Below, piece by piece: positions 17,838 to 27,120 of a DNA stretch of 64,000 bases. The DNA is taken from the IMG/VR virus record IMGVR_UViG_3300020049_008481, one strand, 5' to 3'. This stretch comes from a virus. Lineage: Duplodnaviria > Heunggongvirae > Uroviricota > Caudoviricetes. The first letter of the stretch is position 1. The number at the start of each line of letters is the position of its first letter. Under the pieces are notes generated by a model that saw nothing but the letters and a program-made list of their open reading frames with translations, was not told where the DNA came from and did not search any database. A program made the translations under genes and the position numbers.

Positions 17838-18043
17838 TGAAAATAGAAATGTTTGTGGCAGGAGATAACAAAACTGATGCGCTTAACAGCGAGTTGTTTA
17901 TATTTCACTCTAACGCAGAAGACTTTGCTAATAAGTATATGTTATCGAATGTATATAAAGTTACATTCGAGCTTACTGAGGAAAACCTCAGTAAAACGCA
18001 ATTACAATTCATAGACGCCGAAGATCCAAACGATGTGGATTAG
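17837..18043 (+). CDS. hypothetical small protein
   Basis: ORF, TAATG overlap. Confidence 0.4.
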   Translation: MKIEMFVAGDNKTDALNSELFIFHSNAEDFANKYMLSNVYKVTFELTEENLSKTQLQFIDAEDPNDVD

Positions 18044-18086
18044 GAATCTTCGTGCCCGTAGAAGTTGGGGACGAGCCGAGAAGATC

Positions 18087-18263
18087 ATGACTTACATGGT
18101 TAAACATGGCATCACTGAAATGAAGTTTGAAAGAGACGACGCCAATACATTTGATTGCGTCATTAAATTTGGTGATTCAGATGGACCGTGGAGTATTCTT
18201 GAACTAACTGACCATAATAACATCAAAACTGATTTCTATAAATTCTTTGGGGTGGGATGGTAA
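18087..18263 (+). CDS. hypothetical small protein (internal start of 18033..18263)
   Basis: ORF. Confidence 0.35.
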   Translation: MTYMVKHGITEMKFERDDANTFDCVIKFGDSDGPWSILELTDHNNIKTDFYKFFGVGW

Positions 18264-18282
18264 TAAATGCTAACTTTACAAA

Positions 18283-19419
18283 ATGGCAATAGCGGATAGA
18301 CAATTAGCCTGGAATGATCTTCAGCCATGTGGCAAACAAAAGAAGCACAATTGGGACGGACGCCTCTGTCTCAGATGCGGATTCAAAATCCATAGGCGAA
18401 AGAAGATATCTCAGACTAAAATCAAAATCCTAAAAGAACAGCAGGATAACAAATGTTTCTACTGCAAACAAGAACTTAACGAAGAAACATTAACTGTTGA
18501 CCACAAGACCCCCATTAGCAGACAAGGTACGGATGCTATAGAAAACTTATGCCTAGCCTGCAAGAAATGCAACCTAGAGAAGAATAACTTAACGTTAGAA
18601 GAGTTCAAAATGCATCTTCCAATGCTCGCAGAATCCATGGACAAAGAACGACTAATGGAACTAGTCAGCGATAACTCATTCTGCTTTCAGCAAAAAGTTG
18701 ACGGAGACAGAATGATAGTCGAGGTTGACAACGGAGCGGTTACCGTCTACAATAGGGATGGTAAAGAATACACTCGCCAGGTAAAAGTTTTACGTCCTGT
18801 GATTAAAGAGTTCTCGAATCCAGAATTCTTTAAAGGTGTATGGCTATTCGATGGTGAATATATTAACCGCAAATATTATGTCTTTGATCTAATCAAAGTG
18901 ATCAACACAAACGGTGTTAATATCATTCAAGACGCCACTTACCATATGAGATTAGACTGCCTCAACACGATCTTCAATCATTGGGCACCTAATCACATCA
19001 TGCAACTCCCTTCGCATCTTACCTCCAAGGATAAAGAAGATTTCTTAGATAAGGTTGACGCATCTAATTCAGAAGGCGTAATTGCCAGACGAATGACTGC
19101 TCCATACCAGTCAGGTGCAAGGACAACGAACTTACTTAAGTTTAAGTTCGTTGAAACGGCTGACCTAAGAGTGACCGGCATTAATGAACAGGCAAGTATT
19201 TCCCTAGAGTGTGCTGACGATATCCCCATCGGTAATTGCACTATGAGCGCAACTAATCTTCGTAGGGTAAAGATTGGTGACATCGTTGAGATTCGCTACT
19301 TATATGTAGGGAAAAGTAATCGGCTATATCAGCCTGCGTTCATGAGAATCCGTAATGACAAGTCGGAACCAGATCCTTTTGGTTCACTTAAGCTAGTAAA
19401 TAAGGATGTACTGGTATGA
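18283..19419 (+). CDS. HNH endonuclease domain fused to an ATP-dependent polynucleotide ligase (nucleotidyltransferase) domain
   Basis: N-terminal CFYCKQ...TVDHKTPISRQG...NLCLACKKCNLEKNN (HNH with CxxC pairs). Ligase motif I KVDGDR, motif III FDGEYI, motif IV-like SEGVIARR, motif V LLKFKF. Confidence 0.6.
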   Translation: MAIADRQLAWNDLQPCGKQKKHNWDGRLCLRCGFKIHRRKKISQTKIKILKEQQDNKCFYCKQELNEETLTVDHKTPISRQGTDAIENLCLACKKCNLEKNNLTLEEFKMHLPMLAESMDKERLMELVSDNSFCFQQKVDGDRMIVEVDNGAVTVYNRDGKEYTRQVKVLRPVIKEFSNPEFFKGVWLFDGEYINRKYYVFDLIKVINTNGVNIIQDATYHMRLDCLNTIFNHWAPNHIMQLPSHLTSKDKEDFLDKVDASNSEGVIARRMTAPYQSGARTTNLLKFKFVETADLRVTGINEQASISLECADDIPIGNCTMSATNLRRVKIGDIVEIRYLYVGKSNRLYQPAFMRIRNDKSEPDPFGSLKLVNKDVLV

Positions 19420-19535
19420 CCTATAAAGATTTAGCTTGGGCTTTCGAAGGGGCCGTGGGTAAAGTGAATAATATCTTGAAGGCCGATGCTTTAATCGCAG
19501 CACTAGCTCGTATCATCACCACTACGATGTGACAA

Positions 19536-19895
19536 ATGCCAAGAAAAGACGGATCGAAACATTCAAAACAATACAAAAACCATTCTAAGGGCAAAAAAGC
19601 TAAGTATGCATCATCCAAATGGGATGCACTCAACTTTGGTAACTCACTACAAGACCTAAAAAACTATCTGGATAAAGGGAATAACAATGATCCAGAGGCT
19701 CTAAAAGTTTTCCTTGCCAAAGGGCGACCATATGATGTATACTGTAAGATAGGTGACGTTGAAATAAACTTGAACGTTGTAGCGTTTAACCCCAGGGATG
19801 CTAGAAGTAAAGTAATTAATATGCATGCCATAAATAAACAACTCAAAGTTCTAGCCGTATGTAGCGGTGGAGAAAACTGGACAACACTCGTATGA
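19536..19895 (+). CDS. hypothetical protein with a lysine-rich basic N-terminus
   Basis: ORF. Confidence 0.45.
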   Translation: MPRKDGSKHSKQYKNHSKGKKAKYASSKWDALNFGNSLQDLKNYLDKGNNNDPEALKVFLAKGRPYDVYCKIGDVEINLNVVAFNPRDARSKVINMHAINKQLKVLAVCSGGENWTTLV

Positions 19896-19905
19896 AAGAA
19901 GCTAA

Positions 19906-21081
19906 ATGACAACCTTAACAGATAAGTTCTCTGCTCTAGAAGCAGACCTAAACGAAAGCGTTTTCGAACGTCAGCGTGAAATTCATGCAATGCTGAATGC
20001 TCTAGTTTCACAGAAGCATTTCTTCATGATCGGCCCGCCCGGTGTAGGCAAGTCCTATATGATTCGTGAGTTAGTTGATCGTGTAGATTTCTCAGACTCT
20101 CACCTAGACAATCCTTACTTCCAGTGGCTGCTAACAAAGTACACTACCCCTGAGGAAGTGCTCGGCCCGCCTTCTATTGTTGAAATGGAGAAAGGTAACT
20201 ATGTTAGGGTAACTGATCGCAAGCTTCCAACCGCTGCTATTGCGTTCCTAGATGAGATTTTCAAGGCCAACTCGTCTATTCTTAACGCCCTGCTAACCAT
20301 CTCCAACGAGAGACTGTTCTTCAACGGTGCAGATGAGGAACGTGTGCCGCTATCCTCCATCTTTGCGGCCTCCAATGAGATGCCCGCAGATGATGGGCTA
20401 TGGGCGCTTTGGGATAGATTGCATTTTCGGTTTAACGTAGGCCCACTTCACGAGCCTGGGAACTTCATTCGGATGCTTGACACCCACAACAGCACAACAC
20501 AGAAGGATGTAGAGAAGTTTCTGACTTGGAATGACATCCTGGAAGCACAGGAAGGCGTCAAGCAGGTAAAAATCTCAACAGAGATTCTAGAAATCATGCG
20601 TGCCCTTCGTGACGACCTTGCAGCTAAGGGCATTGAGCCGTCTGAGCGACGGTTCGCTGAATGTCTGCCGATCATCCAGGCTGAGGCTTATCTGAACGGT
20701 CGTGATGAGGTCGAAGTAGATGACCTACGTATTCTACGCCATGTAATGTGGGGTCGGCCCGAAGATGCTAGAGTGGCTGAGCGTGTTATCCTAGAGCTAG
20801 CTAACCCTCTAGAGAAGGAAGCCCTAGATATTCTAGAGCGAGTGGAGAAGCTGGATAAGGATCTTAACAAGGTTCTGTCTGATGCAGATAACGATAACCA
20901 GGCTGCCAGTCAGTCAGTGGAAATCTGGACGAAGCTTAAGAAGGCCAAGATCACTCTTAAGGAACTTCACGCTAAGATCGAAGAGTCAGGCCGCAAGTCC
21001 GAGATTATTGATCTTGCTGACGCAAAGGTTAACGAGGTTGCTACTCGGGTAATGAAGGACGGATTTAAGGGAGAGCTATAA
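19906..21081 (+). CDS. MoxR-like AAA+ ATPase
   Basis: FFMIGPPGVGKSYMIRELV Walker A; AIAFLDEIFKAN Walker B; size and layout typical of MoxR/CbbQ/NorQ-type ATPases. Confidence 0.65.
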   Translation: MTTLTDKFSALEADLNESVFERQREIHAMLNALVSQKHFFMIGPPGVGKSYMIRELVDRVDFSDSHLDNPYFQWLLTKYTTPEEVLGPPSIVEMEKGNYVRVTDRKLPTAAIAFLDEIFKANSSILNALLTISNERLFFNGADEERVPLSSIFAASNEMPADDGLWALWDRLHFRFNVGPLHEPGNFIRMLDTHNSTTQKDVEKFLTWNDILEAQEGVKQVKISTEILEIMRALRDDLAAKGIEPSERRFAECLPIIQAEAYLNGRDEVEVDDLRILRHVMWGRPEDARVAERVILELANPLEKEALDILERVEKLDKDLNKVLSDADNDNQAASQSVEIWTKLKKAKITLKELHAKIEESGRKSEIIDLADAKVNEVATRVMKDGFKGEL

Positions 21082-21344
21082 TGGGGGTAGCTGAAAGGTT
21101 CCTTGCAGATACATGTAGTTCCCTTCTATACCTACTTGACCGAGGCGAGTTTAATGACGAATTGGCTGACGTACGGGAGCACATTCGGTACACTAATGTC
21201 ACGGAACTTGATTCTATGCATGTAGTCTACGCTGGGAGAGAAATAGAAGTTACAGCTAGAGACTTAGGTGCTCATGTCCACACTTGGGTTTCTTCTAAAT
21301 ATGGAGATAAGTGCAGTGTATGCAGGGCATTAGATGATGAGTAA
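21081..21344 (+). CDS. hypothetical small protein
   Basis: ORF, ATAATG overlap. Confidence 0.4.
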   Translation: MGVAERFLADTCSSLLYLLDRGEFNDELADVREHIRYTNVTELDSMHVVYAGREIEVTARDLGAHVHTWVSSKYGDKCSVCRALDDE

Positions 21345-21504
21345 GGCTGAGGTATTAGCAGAAGCTTTTATGGAGAAGTACGGTCTAATTAATTGTGGTA
21401 TGCTTGTTTGTATCGGCCCCAGAGAATATCGTTCTGATATACAAAAAGCATATAATGAGGGTTACAAGCAAGGGCAAGAGTTAGTTAATAGAGCGGAGAG
21501 ATAG
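21337..21504 (+). CDS. hypothetical small protein (about 55 aa, below track cutoff)
   Basis: ATG overlapping the upstream stop (GATGATGAGTAA) and running to the TAG that overlaps the GTG start of the vWA gene. Confidence 0.3.
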   Translation: MSKAEVLAEAFMEKYGLINCGMLVCIGPREYRSDIQKAYNEGYKQGQELVNRAER

Positions 21505-23072
21505 TGAGTGATTTCCTAAGAGGATTCTTAAACAACAACAAACAGTCACCCGATGAGGCCAGCAAAAATGCTATCATCCGTGACAAATGGGATGAGGAAT
21601 CCTACCAGTCAATCCTCAAAGAAATGAAGGCACTCCGTAAGTCCGAAGAGAAGCTGGCAGATGTTGTAACGACAGGCTCATCGGCTTACGCTGATAACTT
21701 CTACGCTCTGCTTAAAGCAATGCCACAATTAGAGACACGTGGCAACATGCGGGCCTCCCATCTTGTCAATCATCGTGTAGCACAGGAAGCACAGGAACTA
21801 AAAGAGTTCAAGGAGCTTCGCACCTACACAGTGAATGATGATGTGGCAACCGCCCTGTCTTCTATCACGATGGAACCTGAGCTAGAAATCCTGTTCGATA
21901 AACTCAAAGAGGAACAGAAAGCGGCTGAGGAACTACAGAAGAAAATGGATCAGATGGCTGGCCTGGATCAGCAGGAATCAGACATTGACGATCTACTGTC
22001 CCAGCTTGAAGATGACGCTGATGAAGCAGAAGTGCAGAACTATCAGGAACAAAAAGGTGCTGTTCAAGATGCAAAAGACGCTTTACAGAAAGCCATAGAC
22101 GAAGGGGCACAAGCTCTCCAAGATGCCCTAGATGGCAAGACCGCTGATATCCAGTCGGCTCTAAAGAAAATGGCAGGTGACGCCATTGGTGAACAGGAAA
22201 GCATCGAACAGGCTGAGTCATGGGGCATGTCCCCAGGCGAGTTGAAGAGGCTCCCTGCCAATAAGCGTCTAGAGTTAGCGAAGAAGATTTCCAATGATCG
22301 ATTCAGGAGAATATCTGAACTGATCGGGCCAATGATTCGCATGGCATTCGCTGAACGACAGAAGCGAACCATCCATTCACGTGACGAAATCTATGATATT
22401 GAAACAGGCAATGACCTGTCAAGAATTATCGCCAACGAATTGCTTGCCTTAAAGCATAAGGCTTTACGTAACGACTTCATTCGTAGGTTCTATGAGGAAA
22501 GACTGCTACAGTATAAGCTTAAGGGCGAAGAAAAGCTTGCTAAGGGTGGTATAATCTTCTGCGAGGACGGGTCAGGGTCAATGTCAGGCGACAGAGAACT
22601 CTGGGCTAAAGCGGTCGGGTTGACTTTATTGCAGATCGCTAAGTCACAGAAGCGTGAATTCCATGGCATCCATTTCGGTGGACCAAGACAGATTAAACAT
22701 TTTGATTTTTCTGATATCCGTAATGTTCAGATCGAACAGCTAATTGACTTTGCTGAGGTGTTCTTTTCAGGAGGCACCTGCTTCATGACTCCCTTGTCTA
22801 AGGCGCTTGATATCCTAAAAGTACAATATGAGAAAACTGGTGCCGTTAAAGCTGACATTGTGTTCTGCACAGACGGGCAATGTGCAGTCGATCCGGCATG
22901 GCTTGAAGCGTTCAAGAAAGAACAGGATCGCCTAGGATTTAATGTCTATGGGGTGGTCATTGGTGGTACTATAATGGATGAGCCTCTTCGAACAATTTGC
23001 GATGGGAAGGTCACTACGGTTAAGCGCCTTACATCAGGAACGGATATGCGTGATGTTTTTGGGACATTATAA
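21504..23072 (+). CDS. von Willebrand factor A (vWA) domain protein with an acidic coiled-coil N-terminal half
   Basis: IIFCEDGSGSMSGD (MIDAS DxSxS) and VFCTDGQ (MIDAS T/D); encoded immediately after the MoxR-like ATPase. Confidence 0.65.
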   Translation: MSDFLRGFLNNNKQSPDEASKNAIIRDKWDEESYQSILKEMKALRKSEEKLADVVTTGSSAYADNFYALLKAMPQLETRGNMRASHLVNHRVAQEAQELKEFKELRTYTVNDDVATALSSITMEPELEILFDKLKEEQKAAEELQKKMDQMAGLDQQESDIDDLLSQLEDDADEAEVQNYQEQKGAVQDAKDALQKAIDEGAQALQDALDGKTADIQSALKKMAGDAIGEQESIEQAESWGMSPGELKRLPANKRLELAKKISNDRFRRISELIGPMIRMAFAERQKRTIHSRDEIYDIETGNDLSRIIANELLALKHKALRNDFIRRFYEERLLQYKLKGEEKLAKGGIIFCEDGSGSMSGDRELWAKAVGLTLLQIAKSQKREFHGIHFGGPRQIKHFDFSDIRNVQIEQLIDFAEVFFSGGTCFMTPLSKALDILKVQYEKTGAVKADIVFCTDGQCAVDPAWLEAFKKEQDRLGFNVYGVVIGGTIMDEPLRTICDGKVTTVKRLTSGTDMRDVFGTL

Positions 23073-23075
23073 TCT

Positions 23076-23273
23076 ATGAAAAAACCAACGAGAGAAGAAT
23101 GGGCTAAATTAATTGCACTCATTTCCAACAACCGTCCTATTCTAACCTATGATTATTCAGAAATCAGACCAGTAGGTGCCCCACTTTCTAATCGTAAAAA
23201 TGAATTAATTACTTCACTGGACATCATTGATATAATGAACAAAATTAGTAAGGTTATTGTAGCAAATGGATAG
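23076..23273 (+). pseudogene. 65-aa ORF derived from an internal segment of a ribonucleotide reductase gene (remnant or repurposed fragment)
   Basis: TREEWAKLIALISNNRPILTYDYSEIRPVGAPL...ELITSLDIIDIMNKISKVIVANG aligns with residues about 200-290 of the RNR at 27744..29759 (TREEWAKSV...NRPTVIFDYSQIRPAGAPL...KLITSRDIVDIMNKIGKAVVAGG), with an internal 23-aa deletion. Confidence 0.4.
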
Positions 23274-23377
23274 GATTCTGGGTCGGGCAGTCCTCTACCC
23301 CATAGTCATCGCTTCTGTATTTGTTTTAGTAGCAGATGATATTATACAAACAATTCTAAAAGAAATAGCAAACGCAT

Positions 23378-23566
23378 ATGATTCTACTACAAGTTAGAGG
23401 CTCTGATGGCAATGTCTTTCATGTTATAGAAGCAGGTGATGGGCAGCACATTACAAATGAAGCTGGATGGGTTGTTTGGAATGAAGATACCGGATGGCAT
23501 AATGAGCCAATACCAGTACAACTGGATTGCTATGAATGTTCGGGACAAGGTTGGTTGGATGGATAA
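23378..23566 (+). CDS. hypothetical small protein (C-terminal CYECSGQGW)
   Basis: ORF. Confidence 0.35.
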   Translation: MILLQVRGSDGNVFHVIEAGDGQHITNEAGWVVWNEDTGWHNEPIPVQLDCYECSGQGWLDG

Positions 23567-23789
23567 AGACTTTGATTCCATTATCTCAGGCATTGAGATT
23601 CAAGAGCCAACTGATCTAAACTATTCAGAACTATCATCCGATACTTTACTTGACATATATGTTGATGTGTCAGAACAACTAAGACAATTAGAACAGCAAC
23701 TTAGACCTGTTACACAAGAGGGTAGAGATTTGCATTCTCAGCGGGCTGCTGTTAAAATCATACTTGCCAACCGTGGCATTTTAGCTTAA
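23559..23789 (+). CDS. hypothetical small protein (internal start of track ORF 23436..23789)
   Basis: ATGGATAA overlap with the upstream ORF stop. Confidence 0.35.
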   Translation: MDKDFDSIISGIEIQEPTDLNYSELSSDTLLDIYVDVSEQLRQLEQQLRPVTQEGRDLHSQRAAVKIILANRGILA

Positions 23790-23802
23790 AGAAAAGAGAA
23801 CA

Positions 23803-24414
23803 ATGACAGACTGTTTAATTAACTTCGTGATTGACCGTTCAGGATCAATGAATAGTGTACGTCAGGCAACAATTGACGGATTCAATTCATTCATTGAAGA
23901 ACAGAAGGCGGTAGAAGGCGAGGCTCGACTATCCCTTACACTCTTTTCGACTGCCGTTGACGCCCGGTATATTGCGGTCCCGCTAGAGAATATTCCGCCC
24001 TTAGGCTCAGAGACTAACGACTACGTTCCCAATGGCAACACAGCACTTCTTGACGCTGTAGGTAAGTCCATTATGGCGACAGAGCTATGGTTGGATCAGA
24101 ATAATGATTTCAGTGGGAAAGTTGTTTGCGTAATCCTTACAGATGGCATGGATAATGCTAGTCATGTTTGGACTAAAGGCAGCGATCTAAACGACATCAT
24201 CGCCTCTAAGCAGAATGATGGGTGGGAGTTCATGTTCCTAGGTTCCGGTGGCTCAGAATGGCTGGAACGGACCTTTGGTGGCGTTGTAGACTCAAAGCGG
24301 TTTATGGGTTACGCTCATGCCGGTGGACAGACACTCTCAGCATATAGTAGCGTGTCTACGGGGCTAACTGCAACACGCTCTACAGGTGCCACTTTCCTAG
24401 CAGATAATGGATAA
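23803..24414 (+). CDS. vWA domain protein (203 aa)
   Basis: NFVIDRSGSMNSV (MIDAS) and VILTDGMDNAS. Confidence 0.6.
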   Translation: MTDCLINFVIDRSGSMNSVRQATIDGFNSFIEEQKAVEGEARLSLTLFSTAVDARYIAVPLENIPPLGSETNDYVPNGNTALLDAVGKSIMATELWLDQNNDFSGKVVCVILTDGMDNASHVWTKGSDLNDIIASKQNDGWEFMFLGSGGSEWLERTFGGVVDSKRFMGYAHAGGQTLSAYSSVSTGLTATRSTGATFLADNG

Positions 24415-24841
24415 CGAAGAATTCACATCCTTGGTTAACGCCGACATCAGAGGTACGTTAGATGAACCTACCTCTGACTGGCTACGTCAATCAGATAATG
24501 TTTATAGATTCTATGATACGTTACTGAAACTCAAACATGATGTAGACTTACAGTTGACTGCCAACAAAATAGAGGTCGCTGAAAACCGGGCCAACTATCT
24601 GCAAACAAGTGACGAGATAGGGTGGCAAAGTTTCCTGGCTTCTAATGCAAAATGGAAACATAATGCCGTGAAGTTTAAGAACGGTGTTGACCGTAAGCTT
24701 GTTGAGGTTAAGCGCCTAGTGAAAGCGTTTGATAAAGACTCACGGCTAGAGGCAGCCATTAGAGAACATATGGAAGCTGTTACTGAAACAGATGATGACG
24801 GGTTTGCTGCAGATGAGAAACTATGGAGTTTAATTGATTAA
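24407..24841 (+). CDS. hypothetical protein
   Basis: ORF, overlap tiling. Confidence 0.45.
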   Translation: MDNEEFTSLVNADIRGTLDEPTSDWLRQSDNVYRFYDTLLKLKHDVDLQLTANKIEVAENRANYLQTSDEIGWQSFLASNAKWKHNAVKFKNGVDRKLVEVKRLVKAFDKDSRLEAAIREHMEAVTETDDDGFAADEKLWSLID

Positions 24842-25037
24842 TGTAAACAGGGTAACAATGGATTATATTCAAGAGATGAGAGATGCAGTAGCCTATGTAT
24901 CTAGACATGTAGTTTTTGATGACGCTGATATAGCTTGCGTGGACTGCGGCCGCCGTCTGTACCCTGATTGTGACGTTTCGGCTGTAAGTATAGCTGGATG
25001 CGCTAGACAGCATAGATTAGGGTACCATGACTACTGA
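24834..25037 (+). CDS. hypothetical small protein (CxxC ... C)
   Basis: ORF. Confidence 0.35.
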   Translation: MINVNRVTMDYIQEMRDAVAYVSRHVVFDDADIACVDCGRRLYPDCDVSAVSIAGCARQHRLGYHDY

Positions 25038-25215
25038 TACATTAGAACAGACAGAAACCAAAAGCTCGGAGCTTCCAGAATTCCTTAATATAATCCATGA
25101 ATGGTTAAAGATTATCCCAGGTCGGGAACTATTCTCTGCTGATGAATGCATGAACTATCTGTTAGATATTCAGCAGGCAGCTATAAGATTTGAGGAATCA
25201 CATGGCAACATATGA
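25027..25215 (+). CDS. hypothetical small protein
   Basis: ORF. Confidence 0.4.
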   Translation: MTTDTLEQTETKSSELPEFLNIIHEWLKIIPGRELFSADECMNYLLDIQQAAIRFEESHGNI

Positions 25216-25378
25216 GGAAGTTAGTGTTCGTGTTAGACAAGAGCTACTTGCCTCTGTAACTTTAACGAAATGTCAGGATTGCGGTTCAGTGGTTTTAGAT
25301 ACTGATATGCACGATGACTTTCACTATTATGTAAACCTTACGGTGGAGCGCATAAATGTTGTTGAGAAATTGGACTGA
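25190..25378 (+). CDS. hypothetical small protein
   Basis: ORF. Confidence 0.4.
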   Translation: MRNHMATYEEVSVRVRQELLASVTLTKCQDCGSVVLDTDMHDDFHYYVNLTVERINVVEKLD

Positions 25379-25538
25379 AGTGCATCGAACTTTTACCCCT
25401 CCCAGCATTGAAGAGGTTAAAAGTTTAGAAGGATCTAGCATAGATGCCCTAAATCGCATAGTTCATGGGTTCACCACTATTGAATACAGAAAAGGTAAGA
25501 GAACTAAATTCGTTACCTTATACGGGAATCAGACGTAA
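25356..25538 (+). CDS. hypothetical small protein
   Basis: ORF. Confidence 0.35.
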   Translation: MLLRNWTEVHRTFTPPSIEEVKSLEGSSIDALNRIVHGFTTIEYRKGKRTKFVTLYGNQT

Positions 25539-25548
25539 GTGCTTGAAT

Positions 25549-25797
25549 ATGGCTATTTACAAACATAAAAATAGACGCTACTACAACTTAGAATACGTTA
25601 CTCCACGAAGCTACACAGGTAGTTGGATTGAAGCTACGGACAGAATTACTGGTGAAGTCAAACGATTAAATAATTCTTCCTGGAAATTAGAAGATTTTAA
25701 ACCTGTATCTAGCGAAGACAATTTTCGTAGATTTAAAGACTTCCTAGCGTACTGGTGCCCACCTAAACGTAAAGTATGTAAAACGTGTGGGCGTTAA
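25549..25797 (+). CDS. hypothetical small protein with C-terminal CxxC (internal start of 25465..25797)
   Basis: ORF; last gene of the + strand arm. Confidence 0.35.
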   Translation: MAIYKHKNRRYYNLEYVTPRSYTGSWIEATDRITGEVKRLNNSSWKLEDFKPVSSEDNFRRFKDFLAYWCPPKRKVCKTCGR

Positions 25798-26051
25798 TCT
25801 TCTTCGTCAAAGCCATCTAACAAAAAACAGACAGCCGGGTCGTCAGTTAAAATTTCAGGCTCTTCAATCATGTCATACACTGACTCTTCTGCTTTACGTA
25901 GAATAGAAGCTGCCTCTATAATAGAGACCCCCCTAATATCTACCTGCAAAGACCCGTCTAAAGCATCCCAACGTATCACAATGCTAAATGACGGGTCTGG
26001 CGGCAAATCTTGGTCATCTGGGTAATCTTCATCTACCATACGGAACCTCAT
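25794..26051 (-). CDS. acidic hypothetical protein
   Basis: ORF on the minus strand, convergent with the left arm. Confidence 0.45.
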   Translation of the reverse strand: MRFRMVDEDYPDDQDLPPDPSFSIVIRWDALDGSLQVDIRGVSIIEAASILRKAEESVYDMIEEPEILTDDPAVCFLLDGFDEED

Positions 26052-26101
26052 ATATGAATTATCGGGTCGTGATAAATGAGAATAAGGTATAGATTTCTGT
26101 C

Positions 26102-26926
26102 TTATTTAGTGGGCCACCAGGGTTGAACTTCTGGATACTTTTCTTCCATAAAGTCACCAACAGGCACTCCCTCATATTTTCTACATAGAGAATCTAAACT
26201 CACCAAGGAAAGATCATAACTACCATTTTCAACGTGATTTTTAATGATGATTCCACGCCAATGCTGGTTACCGATGTAACCTTTGTAACCCTCTGATGCG
26301 AGATAGGCGGCTCCTGCTACTAACCCATGCTGGGACTGCCCACGGACATAACGCATGGAATAGTCTAGAATCTGCTGATGCCCCATGCTAAAAGAATGAC
26401 CAATCGTTTTTAGTCTTGTAGAAACAACACCACCTAAAGGTTTCCCCGTCATGGGGTTCGGGAAAAAATGGGCATAGATTACACCGTCAACATCTACAGG
26501 TTCAAGATAATCAAACACTTCCCAACCACGTGTATTTAAATCCTGATAACCAATAGTGCCATCAAGGATGGGGTTGTCTTGAATACAACGTTCGATACGT
26601 TGCTCATGATTCCCTAACAAGAAAATCTTACGTGGCTTATATTCTTCCTGTCTACGCTTACGACGCCCCTTATTAAAAAGGTCGGTACTGGCGTCGAGCA
26701 GTCGAAACGCATTGTTTCCTGCTTCAATATCCTCCTTATAACGGCGACCTTCAAACTGAATCTTACCACGATCGAAGCTACATAACGATTCCATATCGTA
26801 TGTGTCACCTAAATTCACGATAACATCTGGTCTACGTTCTAGTAGATACTTGGATATCCAAGTTAAATGATCCAATGGATCACCCGGTTTTACTTGCAGG
26901 TCGGGTATAACTGCGTGTGTTGTCAT
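26102..26926 (-). CDS. calcineurin-like metallophosphoesterase (Ser/Thr phosphatase-like)
   Basis: DLQ, NLGDTYD, GNHE motifs; second phosphoesterase in the window, not closely related to 12544..13326. Confidence 0.7.
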   Translation of the reverse strand: MTTHAVIPDLQVKPGDPLDHLTWISKYLLERRPDVIVNLGDTYDMESLCSFDRGKIQFEGRRYKEDIEAGNNAFRLLDASTDLFNKGRRKRRQEEYKPRKIFLLGNHEQRIERCIQDNPILDGTIGYQDLNTRGWEVFDYLEPVDVDGVIYAHFFPNPMTGKPLGGVVSTRLKTIGHSFSMGHQQILDYSMRYVRGQSQHGLVAGAAYLASEGYKGYIGNQHWRGIIIKNHVENGSYDLSLVSLDSLCRKYEGVPVGDFMEEKYPEVQPWWPTK

Positions 26927-26975
26927 TCATTTATCCTTAATGTAGATTGTAGGATTTACTTCGACTAGTGAAGCC

Positions 26976-27004
26976 TTGACTTCAACCCATTATTCGTGTA
27001 TACT
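26976..27004 (+). promoter_or_regulatory. sigma70-like promoter TTGACT-17-TATACT, followed by a GGGGCGA/TCGCCCC hairpin at about 27012-27047
   Basis: Near-consensus hexamers at exact 17-nt spacing in the divergent intergenic region between the minus-strand phosphoesterase and the + strand block. Confidence 0.45.
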
Positions 27005-27120
27005 ATTCCCATGGGGCGATGAATGTTCGAATCGTTCTCGCCCCGCCATTATAACATAAAAGGAAATTTGAAAATGAAGAATAAAACCTTATGGGACTTA
27101 ATCTGTGAATGGCTACGTAA

